Part shown: one piece after another, positions 39,032 through 45,883 of the stretch
How positions within the stretch are numbered: the stretch's first letter is position 1
How the letters are laid out: every line of letters begins with the position of its first letter
Notes under the pieces: generated by a model
Databases searched by the model: none
What the model was told of the DNA's origin: nothing
What the model saw: the letters and a program-made list of their open reading frames with translations, nothing else
Program-made: the position numbers and the translations under genes
Origin: an uncultured Acidimicrobium sp.
GTDB taxonomy: Bacteria; Actinomycetota; Acidimicrobiia; Acidimicrobiales; Ilumatobacteraceae
NCBI GenBank assembly: GCA_964571325.1
Contig: CAZNBF010000002.1
Location: forward strand, 27,079-72,961
Length of the DNA: 45,883 nt
Direction: 5' to 3'

Positions 39032-39912
39032 GTACAACTCACGAGAAGGTTGGCGCTTTACTGATCGAAGCGCTTCCGTATATCCAGCAATTTGCAGGTA
39101 AGACGGTTGTTGTCAAATATGGTGGAAACGCGCTTGCGGGAGCATCTGATGCAGATGCGGCTGGAACCTTTGCGCAAGATATTGCACTGATGCACGCGGT
39201 TGGCATTAAGCCTGTCGTTGTTCACGGTGGTGGGCCCCAGATCAGTGCGCTCATGGAGAGGCTTGGCAAGAAGCCCGAATTTCGAAATGGTCTGCGCGTG
39301 ACCGATGCCGAAACAGTCGAAATTGCAAGCATGGTCTTGCTCGGAACGGTTAACCCGCAGATCGTCTCTGCAATCAACGTGCACGGTTCGTCCGCGGTGG
39401 GTGTGTCCGGTCAAGACGCAGGACTACTGCGGGTAACGCAACGCGATCCGGAGCTTGGTTTCGTCGGTGACATTTCTTCGGTCGATCCATCAGTTTTGAA
39501 AAGTGTGCTGTCCGATAACGCTGTGCCGGTTGTAGCAACGATCGGAAGTGACGCGAATGGGCAGGCCTACAACGTCAATGCAGATACCGCGGCATCTGCC
39601 ATAGCTGTTGCTTTGGGGGCTGAAAAGCTCATCTATCTGACCGACATAGAAGGGCTCCGCACGGACAAGAACGATGCATCTTCGCTCATCAGAAGGACGA
39701 CCGATAACGAGATTCAAGGTTTGCTTAAAAGCGGTTCGATCGATGGGGGAATGATTCCCAAAATGGAGAGTTGTGTCAGTGCAATTGCAAGTGGTGTCAA
39801 ACGGTGCCACATATTGGACGGGCGCATTCCTCACGTTCTGCTCATCGAGCTGTTCACTGTTGCCGGTGTTGGCACCATGATCACTTCCCAACTTGAAGAG
39901 GGTAAAAAATGA
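39028..39912 (+). CDS. argB: Acetylglutamate kinase
   Basis: 294 aa with VVKYGGNAL and VVHGGGPQI. ATGA overlap with argC. Confidence 0.93.
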   Translation: MSTTHEKVGALLIEALPYIQQFAGKTVVVKYGGNALAGASDADAAGTFAQDIALMHAVGIKPVVVHGGGPQISALMERLGKKPEFRNGLRVTDAETVEIASMVLLGTVNPQIVSAINVHGSSAVGVSGQDAGLLRVTQRDPELGFVGDISSVDPSVLKSVLSDNAVPVVATIGSDANGQAYNVNADTAASAIAVALGAEKLIYLTDIEGLRTDKNDASSLIRRTTDNEIQGLLKSGSIDGGMIPKMESCVSAIASGVKRCHILDGRIPHVLLIELFTVAGVGTMITSQLEEGKK

Positions 39913-41093
39913 GTAGTCACGCTTTTTCTACGTCGGGCGATCATTGTCCGTACATTCCTGTTTTTGGCCCACCACAAGTGATGTTTGCTCGCGGGCTCGG
40001 AACAGAGCTATGGGATGTCAACGGAAAGAGGTACCTAGATTTCTTGTGTGGCATCGCGGTAACTTCACTCGGACATAGCCATCCTGTTGTTGTTGAGGCA
40101 ATCACAAAACAGGCCCAAACATTGATGCATGTCAGCAACTTTTTTGCAAATCCAGTCGCAACAGAAACTGCAGTGTTAATTAATCAGCTTCTCGGTGGTG
40201 CCGGGCAGGTTTTCTTCTGCAACTCTGGCGCCGAAGCTAATGAGGCTGCAATCAAGTTGGCTCGTAAGTTCGGTGGGCGTGGTCGCCACACAGTAGTGAG
40301 CGCACTTGGGAGTTTCCACGGTAGAACGCTCGCCGCTCTTGCAGCAACTGGGCAGCCTGCGAAACATGAACCATTCCAACCAATGCCCGAAGGTTTTAGG
40401 CATGTTCCGTTTAACGATATTGGCGCCCTGGAATCGGCCGTTGATGATTCGGTGGCTGCTGTCCTGATCGAGCCCGTTCAAGGTGAGGGTGGTGTACTTC
40501 CAGCGAACCTGGAGTATCTGCAGGCTGTTCAGAAGCTATGCACCGAGCGTGGTGTGTTACTCATGCTTGACGAAGTGCAAACTGGCTTCGGGCGAACTGG
40601 AAAATGGTTCGGATTTGAGCATTATGGAATCACGCCAGATGTTGTTTTGATGGCCAAGGCGATGGGCAACGGAATGCCTATAGGCGCTATGTGGGCGAAG
40701 CGTTCTGTTGCTGAGGTGTTTAAGCCAGGCGATCATGGAAGCACATTCAGCGGAACTGCCATTGCAACGAGTGCGGCAAAAGCAACGATCCTTGAAATGC
40801 AACGAATCGATGCACCACGTTTGGCAACAGAAAAGGGTGCATTACTCACTCAACTCGTTTCGCGGCTAGACAATGTTTCCCATGTCCGCGGGCTCGGTCT
40901 TTTGCTTGGCGTAGAACTTGCTTCCGGAATCGACGCGAAACAAGTGCAGCTTTCGCTGCTTGAGATGGGATTGGTAACGAATGCAGTTACCGCGTCGGCA
41001 TTGCGTCTAGCTCCGCCGATCACGGTTACAACCGACGAAATACACGAGGCGGTTGCAATGATCGCGAGCGTGTTGAAGGGTTTTGCGTCATGA
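39909..41093 (+). CDS. argD: Acetylornithine aminotransferase
   Basis: 394 aa class III aminotransferase with NSGAEANEAAIKLAR and LMLDEVQTGFGRTG. Confidence 0.92.
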   Translation: MSSHAFSTSGDHCPYIPVFGPPQVMFARGLGTELWDVNGKRYLDFLCGIAVTSLGHSHPVVVEAITKQAQTLMHVSNFFANPVATETAVLINQLLGGAGQVFFCNSGAEANEAAIKLARKFGGRGRHTVVSALGSFHGRTLAALAATGQPAKHEPFQPMPEGFRHVPFNDIGALESAVDDSVAAVLIEPVQGEGGVLPANLEYLQAVQKLCTERGVLLMLDEVQTGFGRTGKWFGFEHYGITPDVVLMAKAMGNGMPIGAMWAKRSVAEVFKPGDHGSTFSGTAIATSAAKATILEMQRIDAPRLATEKGALLTQLVSRLDNVSHVRGLGLLLGVELASGIDAKQVQLSLLEMGLVTNAVTASALRLAPPITVTTDEIHEAVAMIASVLKGFAS

Positions 41094-41998
41094 ACAATAG
41101 AGATTTCCTACAGATCACAGACCTTGATGCAACTGATTTGGCTGCCATTCTCGAATTGGCTGTTCGTCCGATCGCTTCGTTGGGTCGGCCATTGGACGGC
41201 AAGGGTGTGGCCCTCATCTTTGAAAAGCCTTCCAACCGCACTCGCCACAGTATGGAAATGGCGGTTGTTCAGTTGGGAGGTCACCCTGTTTATACGCGGG
41301 GGGAGGAGGTCGGCCTAGACGTTCGCGAGTCGGTCGAAGATATTTCTCATGTCATGTCCGGCTACCACGCGATGCTTTGCGCGCGCGTGTTCGATCATCG
41401 CGTGCTTGAACGGATGTCGGCTTCATCCTCAGTCCCGGTTGTCAACATGCTGAGTGATGTGGCGCACCCGTTGCAGGCTGTTGCTGACGTGCTCACAATG
41501 CAACAACATGTCGGCGCTTTGGCCGGCAAGACGGTTGCATACGTTGGCGACTTCAATAACGTTGCTCGCTCTCTCTGTCATGCTTCAGCGATGTTCGGCA
41601 TGCATATACGACTCGGATGCCCAGATGGCTATAGCGCCAATGAATCAGATGTAGATCAGTTCAGGGCACTTGGTGCAGCGTCGGTCAATCAGTTCAAGGA
41701 TCTCGATTCCGCGGTTACTGGAGCGCATGCGGTCCACACCGATACGTGGACCTCGATGGGTCAGGAGTCGGAATCAAAGGTTCGGGAGGCCGCATTCGTC
41801 GGATTCGAGGTGACAGAGAAAACTATGGCACTTGCAGCACCAGGCGCTGTTTTCATGCACTGCTTGCCTGCTCATAGAGGCCAGGAAGTTTCCGAACAGG
41901 TAATCGACGGACCCAGCAGCCTGATCTATCAACAAGCTCACAATCGCATGCATGCTGCGCGTGCAGTACTTGCATTTCTTTTAGGAGTAAGACCATGA
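41090..41998 (+). CDS. argF: Ornithine carbamoyltransferase
   Basis: 302 aa with SNRTRHS, DTWTSMG and HCLPAHRG, the canonical OTCase motifs rather than the acetylornithine variant. Confidence 0.93.
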   Translation: MNNRDFLQITDLDATDLAAILELAVRPIASLGRPLDGKGVALIFEKPSNRTRHSMEMAVVQLGGHPVYTRGEEVGLDVRESVEDISHVMSGYHAMLCARVFDHRVLERMSASSSVPVVNMLSDVAHPLQAVADVLTMQQHVGALAGKTVAYVGDFNNVARSLCHASAMFGMHIRLGCPDGYSANESDVDQFRALGAASVNQFKDLDSAVTGAHAVHTDTWTSMGQESESKVREAAFVGFEVTEKTMALAAPGAVFMHCLPAHRGQEVSEQVIDGPSSLIYQQAHNRMHAARAVLAFLLGVRP

Positions 41999-42483
41999 CC
42001 ACCAAAGTGCAAAGACAAAGTGCGGTTGCTCAGATAATTTCGGAAAGCGACGTCACGAGCCATACACAACTAGTCCGTTCTTTGAAAAAGATAGGCATAG
42101 TCGCGACGCAGGCGACGGTATCTCGCGACCTCGAGGAACTTGGCGCTGTGAAGGTGCGCACGTCAAACGGAGATACCGCATATGCGATCCCCGAATTTGA
42201 GCCCGAGCGGATAGCCCCGCTCGATCAGCTGCGGCGGGTTCTTTCGGAGTGGGTTGCTGATATCCAAATCAGTGATCCAATTGTGATCATTCGCACTCCG
42301 CCAGGCTGTGCGCATGTCGTTGCTTCCGCCCTTGATCGCTCTCGCATCGAAGGGCTTGCGGGCACGGTTGCTGGTGATGACACAATGTTTTGTGTTGCTA
42401 GTGCCAATTACGGTGCCAAGAAATTGGCAGCGCACTTAGGCAAGTTGGCAGGTATTCAACAACAATCAAAGGCCAAAAAATGA
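41995..42483 (+). CDS. argR: Arginine repressor
   Basis: 162 aa with a winged-helix N-domain (ATQATVSRDLEELG) and a C-terminal oligomerisation domain (GTVAGDDTMF). Confidence 0.9.
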   Translation: MTTKVQRQSAVAQIISESDVTSHTQLVRSLKKIGIVATQATVSRDLEELGAVKVRTSNGDTAYAIPEFEPERIAPLDQLRRVLSEWVADIQISDPIVIIRTPPGCAHVVASALDRSRIEGLAGTVAGDDTMFCVASANYGAKKLAAHLGKLAGIQQQSKAKK

Positions 42484-43886
42484 CAGAGAATGCACAAGCA
42501 CTTTGGCACGGACGCTTTAGCGTCGCTCCAAACGACGATTTGATGTCGTTCACGGAGAGCCTTTCGTTTGACCAGCGTCTTTGGAAAGACGATATCTACG
42601 CCAGTATCGCGCACGTCCGGGGATTGGAACACTCGAAAATTTTGGCGGCCTCTGAAGCTTCAGCCATTGTGGCTGCGTTAGAGCAGGTCGCGTCGGAATT
42701 TTCGAAGGGTCAGTTCAATTTCGTCAAGACTGATGAAGACATTCATACCGCAATAGAAAGACGCATCACCGAAATCGCTGGTGACGTGGGTGGAAAGGTG
42801 CACACCGGTAGAAGTCGAAACGATCAGTGTGTCACCGCCCTCAAGCTCTGGACACGACGCGAATTGATGACTGTCGCCAATCAACTATTGGGGCTGTGCG
42901 ACGTCTTGTTCTCGCGCGCCAATCAAAGTGGTTGGGGAGAAGATGGCGTCTATCTTCCCGGCTACACCCACTTGCAGCGAGCACAGCCAGTGCTTCTCGC
43001 TCACCATCTCACGGCGCACGCATGGGCTTTCGCTCGGGATATCGACCGATTGTTAGACACGGTGAAACGGGCCAATGTGTCTCCGCTGGGTGCTGGTGCG
43101 TTGGCCGGTTCGTCGTTGCCGATCGACTCAGATTTCACCGCAAAGGAGATGGGCTTTGCCACTTCGTTTGGTAATTCGCTCGACGCGGTTTCCGATCGAG
43201 ATTTTGTGGCCGAGGCCCTTTTCGATCTCGCACTTATAGGCACCCATCTCTCGAGATTGGGCGAAGAGTGGGTGCTGTGGACAACAGAAGAGTTTGGTTT
43301 CGCAACGCTCGACGATCGTTTTGCAACTGGATCGTCAATGCTTCCGCAGAAGAAGAACGCTGATATCGCGGAACTTGCTCGCGGCAAAGCGGGCCGTCTC
43401 ATCGGCAACCTGACTGGATTACTCACAACGCTTAAGGGTCTCCCTTTGGCCTATAACCGTGATCTGCAAGAAGACAAAGAGCCGCTATTCGATTCCTACG
43501 ATCAAGTGACGAGAGCAATTGCTGCTCTCTCGGGAATGATTTCGACGGCTTCATTTAATGCAGACAACATGCGTCGTGCAGCCGACTCCCAGTTGCTTGC
43601 TGCAACTGATTTAGCCGAGTGGCTGGTGCGAAAGGGGACTCCTTTCCGTCAGGCCCACGCAATGGTTGGTGCTCTCGTACAACGCGCTATTTCCGGAGAG
43701 AAATCTCTTAGGGATTTGGTTGCCCATGACGAACTATTCGGTGACGAGGCCGCACGATTGATCGGTGATGGCATCGGTGTGCGTCAGAGAACTTCGCCTG
43801 GAGCATCCGGCCCGGCTGCTGCTTCTTTGCAAATAGAGCGTTACGAAGCGCTTATTGCATCACTGCGGAGTCGCGCAACGATCTAA
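42480..43886 (+). CDS. argH: Argininosuccinate lyase
   Basis: 468 aa with the fumarate-lyase signature GSSMLPQKKNAD. Confidence 0.95.
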   Translation: MTENAQALWHGRFSVAPNDDLMSFTESLSFDQRLWKDDIYASIAHVRGLEHSKILAASEASAIVAALEQVASEFSKGQFNFVKTDEDIHTAIERRITEIAGDVGGKVHTGRSRNDQCVTALKLWTRRELMTVANQLLGLCDVLFSRANQSGWGEDGVYLPGYTHLQRAQPVLLAHHLTAHAWAFARDIDRLLDTVKRANVSPLGAGALAGSSLPIDSDFTAKEMGFATSFGNSLDAVSDRDFVAEALFDLALIGTHLSRLGEEWVLWTTEEFGFATLDDRFATGSSMLPQKKNADIAELARGKAGRLIGNLTGLLTTLKGLPLAYNRDLQEDKEPLFDSYDQVTRAIAALSGMISTASFNADNMRRAADSQLLAATDLAEWLVRKGTPFRQAHAMVGALVQRAISGEKSLRDLVAHDELFGDEAARLIGDGIGVRQRTSPGASGPAAASLQIERYEALIASLRSRATI

Positions 43887-43889
43887 TAT
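43884..43889 (+). promoter_or_regulatory. -10-like hexamer TAATAT exactly 6 nt upstream of the tyrS ATG; its first 3 nt are the argH stop codon
   Basis: The hexamer matches TANNNT. The 9-nt argH-tyrS gap (TATCTTCTT) has no SD. Confidence 0.4.
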
Positions 43890-43895
43890 CTTCTT

Positions 43896-45179
43896 ATGGC
43901 CAATTCCGCACAGTTTGGTGACGTTGTCGCCGAATTTGCTGCGCGTGGTTTGATCCACGATTCGACCGACCGAGAAGAGCTTTCAAAGCGAACGACAAGC
44001 GGCCAGATCTCTGCCTATGTTGGTTTTGACCCAACATCAGATTCGCTCCACGTTGGCAATTTATTGGGTCAGATTTCACTTCGTCGGTTGCAGCTACTCG
44101 GACATCGACCAATTGTTTTGGCTGGTGGAGCAACTGGGATGGTCGGCGATCCGTCCGGAAAGAGCGAAGAGCGAAATCTGCTCGATGCCGAACAGCTTGC
44201 TCACAACGTCCAATCGATCAAACGACAACTTGAGTGCATTCTCGATTTCTCTGGCCCGAATGCAGCGCTGTTGGTAGACAATGCCGATTGGACTAAAAAC
44301 GTCAAAATGCTCGACTTCCTGCGCGACGTCGGAAAACACATCACTGTGAATCAGATGATGGCAAAAGACTCTGTTAAATCACGTATATCCGACGGAAACG
44401 GTTTGTCGTACACCGAATTTAGCTACATGTTGTTGCAAGCCAATGACTTCCGACATTTGTGCGAACACCACCAATGCGAAATGCAAATGGGTGGTTCCGA
44501 TCAGTGGGGAAACATCACTGCAGGAACAGATCTCATCCGAAAAACACTCGGTCGAAGTGCTTACGGGCTTACTTGGCCGCTCATCACAAAAGCGGATGGC
44601 ACCAAGTTTGGAAAAACTGCAGATGGTGCAGTGTGGCTCGATGCGCGCCGCACCAGTCCGTATCAGTTCAGACAGTTTTGGATGCAGATCGCGGATGCTG
44701 ATATCGAACATATGTTGCCAAAGTTCTCTCTTCGTTCAATGAGCGAGATAACGGAAATACTCGCCGACCAAAAGCGCACGCCAGAGTCTCGTGTTGCTCA
44801 GCGCACACTTGCGCGTGAACTCACAGTCATGCTGCATGGGGAAGAAGCAGCGGATGCAGCAGAGCAGGCTGCCGACGTTTTGTTCGGCGCTCATCCAGTA
44901 TCTGCGAGTCCTGCGGCGTTGCACCTCATCGCCTCTGAAGTCGCTAGTAGTTCCATCGGAGCCGCAGCACTCACTGATGCGGTTGCTATTTTGGTGACCA
45001 CAGGATTGGCAAGTTCCAATACTGAGGCACGTCGCCTCCTCAGCCAGCGCAGTGTCAGGGCTAATGGCGAGCAGATGGATGAGCACGCCAAACTGGACAA
45101 AATTCCACTGCTTCATGGCCGCTGGCTCTTGCTGCGTAAGGGAAAGACGGCATATCACCTCCTCGATTTGCAGGGGTGA
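43896..45179 (+). CDS. tyrS: Tyrosine--tRNA ligase
   Basis: 427 aa with a HIGH-type motif (DSLHVGNL), a KMSKS-type motif (KFGKT) and a C-terminal S4-like domain. Confidence 0.95.
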   Translation: MANSAQFGDVVAEFAARGLIHDSTDREELSKRTTSGQISAYVGFDPTSDSLHVGNLLGQISLRRLQLLGHRPIVLAGGATGMVGDPSGKSEERNLLDAEQLAHNVQSIKRQLECILDFSGPNAALLVDNADWTKNVKMLDFLRDVGKHITVNQMMAKDSVKSRISDGNGLSYTEFSYMLLQANDFRHLCEHHQCEMQMGGSDQWGNITAGTDLIRKTLGRSAYGLTWPLITKADGTKFGKTADGAVWLDARRTSPYQFRQFWMQIADADIEHMLPKFSLRSMSEITEILADQKRTPESRVAQRTLARELTVMLHGEEAADAAEQAADVLFGAHPVSASPAALHLIASEVASSSIGAAALTDAVAILVTTGLASSNTEARRLLSQRSVRANGEQMDEHAKLDKIPLLHGRWLLLRKGKTAYHLLDLQG

Positions 45180-45264
45180 AAAGGCCCCTCCATCACCCAT
45201 ATGGGGTTGATTGGGGTGCCTCACAGCAAAGCCAAGAAATATAAGGATTTTCTTTGTTGCGAGG

Positions 45265-45294
45265 TTGACGCTGGGGTAACGACCCCGCTAGATT
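45265..45294 (+). promoter_or_regulatory. Candidate rRNA operon promoter TTGACG-N18-TAGATT
   Basis: The -35-like hexamer lies at 45265-45270 and the -10-like hexamer at 45289-45294. An A/T-rich stretch (AAATATAAGGATTTTCTTTGTT) sits just upstream. The site is about 400 nt upstream of the 16S 5' end. Confidence 0.4.
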
Positions 45295-45409
45295 TGCACT
45301 CCGCCTCATTGGCATATTGCGCGTTTCGTGCATTGTGCCTGTAAAGCGCTTTCCGTGTGGTCATCGCCGGTCGGTATGTAAATACCGTGTCCGAGTGCCT
45401 ATGCGGTTT

Positions 45410-45423
45410 TGCTCCTTGAAAAC
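45410..45423 (+). promoter_or_regulatory. BoxA-like antitermination element in the rRNA leader
   Basis: TGCTCCTTGAAAAC resembles E. coli rrn BoxA (TGCTCTTTAACAA) and the Gram-positive form TGTTCTTTGAAAAC that I recall. A GUAA-capped hairpin (45372-45387) precedes it, in the BoxB-then-BoxA order of rrn leaders. Confidence 0.4.
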
Positions 45424-45696
45424 GGAAGAGAAGACTGAACGCCAGTGCGGGCAGTAGGCAACGATCCTTCGGGATCGTCGTTTAACTGTCTGTCAATTCC
45501 GGTCGGATGCAAATCCGGCCAAAACAATCGTTGATGCAAATCAACAAAAATATACAAATCAATCAGTAGAGCTACTGATTGGTCAGGAAACGTTGGTGCG
45601 GACAAGGCGCAAGCCTGAAAGAACCAACGCGGACTTTCCAGAATTCAACCCGCTTTGTTGCGGTGAGCAATCACTTGACAAAAACGGGAAGTTCTT

Positions 45697-45883
45697 GACG
45701 GAGAGTTTGATCCTGGCTCAGGACGAACGCTGGCGGCGTGCTTAACACATGCAAGTCGAACGAGATCCATGATGTAGCAATACATCGGAAGATCTAGTGG
45801 CGAACGGGTGAGGATCACGTGAGAAACCTGCCCCAGACTCTGGGATAACAATTGGAAACGATTGCTAATACCGGATGACGTCG
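45697..45883 (+). rRNA. rrs: 16S ribosomal RNA, 5' end (continues beyond the window)
   Basis: Contains the universal AGAGTTTGATCCTGGCTCAG followed by GACGAACGCTGGCGGCGTGCTTAACACATGCAAGTCGAACG. The exact mature 5' end is not determinable, so the start is accurate to a few nt only. Confidence 0.95.

Noticed and set aside
45180-45230. A possible intrinsic terminator after tyrS. CCCCTCCATCA...TGATTGGGG could pair, with an inner CCCAT/ATGGG palindrome.
   Set aside because: The stem is interrupted and no U-tract follows. I cannot distinguish it from chance G/C-rich pairing. It may still act as a non-canonical terminator, but that is unsupported.
45800-45815. The 16S segment reads GTGAGGATCACGTGAG where most bacteria have GTGAGTAACACGTG-like sequence.
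   Set aside because: It is probably a lineage-specific helix variant. With only about 185 nt of 16S and no database access, I cannot say it is unusual.
45399-45851. Two 68-aa minus-strand ORFs, at 45399-45605 and 45645-45851.
   Set aside because: They lie in the structured rRNA leader and inside the 16S rRNA gene itself. There is no coding signal.
1-45883. I searched for mobile elements, CRISPR repeats, tRNA genes, defence or toxin-antitoxin modules and long direct or inverted repeats.
   Set aside because: None was found. Every ORF larger than about 200 nt that is not a shadow ORF is assigned to a housekeeping family or to one of four small or unknown proteins. There are no repeat arrays and no integrase- or transposase-like sequences.

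Overview
This window is a very compact, almost entirely co-directional block of core housekeeping genes from an actinobacterial-type chromosome. The taxonomic call rests on an mIHF homologue, the gene order and the 16S 5' end.

Gene order under my model: relA (3' end), hisS, aspS, rarA, small membrane protein, alaS, ruvX, mltG, aroE-aroC-aroK-aroB-aroQ, M24 Xaa-Pro peptidase, efp, nusB, DUF2079 membrane protein, pyrR-pyrB-pyrC-carA-carB-pyrD, mihF, gmk, rpoZ, metK, priA, (minus) RsmC-like methyltransferase, def, fmt, cold-shock-like small protein, (minus) DUF1844-like protein, infC-rpmI-rplT, TrmH-family methyltransferase, pheS-pheT, argC-argB-argD-argF-argR-argH, tyrS. A structured rRNA leader and the first ~185 nt of a 16S rRNA gene follow.

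That is 46 CDS, 44 on the + strand. Only about 0.7 kb of the first 45.2 kb is non-coding.

I saw no transposase, integrase, CRISPR array, tRNA, toxin-antitoxin or defence-type gene. I cannot honestly point to a novel multi-gene system here.

The signals worth a second look concern expression architecture and gene content:
- Two homology-supported genes (priA and the TrmH-family gene) have no ATG/GTG/TTG available for their conserved N-termini. Each has a CTG in a CTGA overlap with the upstream stop codon.
- infC likewise lacks a canonical start.
- There are 18-19 NTGA stop/start overlaps.
- A -10-like TANNNT hexamer recurs 6 nt (7-8 nt in two weaker cases) upstream of ATG at genes that lack a Shine-Dalgarno sequence, suggesting leaderless mRNAs. 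Twice the hexamer uses the upstream stop codon.
- Tandem ARG boxes overlie a TTGCAT-N17-TATAAT promoter at argC.
- A PyrR-binding-like hairpin abuts the pyrR ribosome-binding site.
- argJ, argG, pyrF and coaBC are missing from their usual syntenic slots.
- The PriA homologue has no Walker A motif.
- Both convergent gene pairs end in a shared CTAG.
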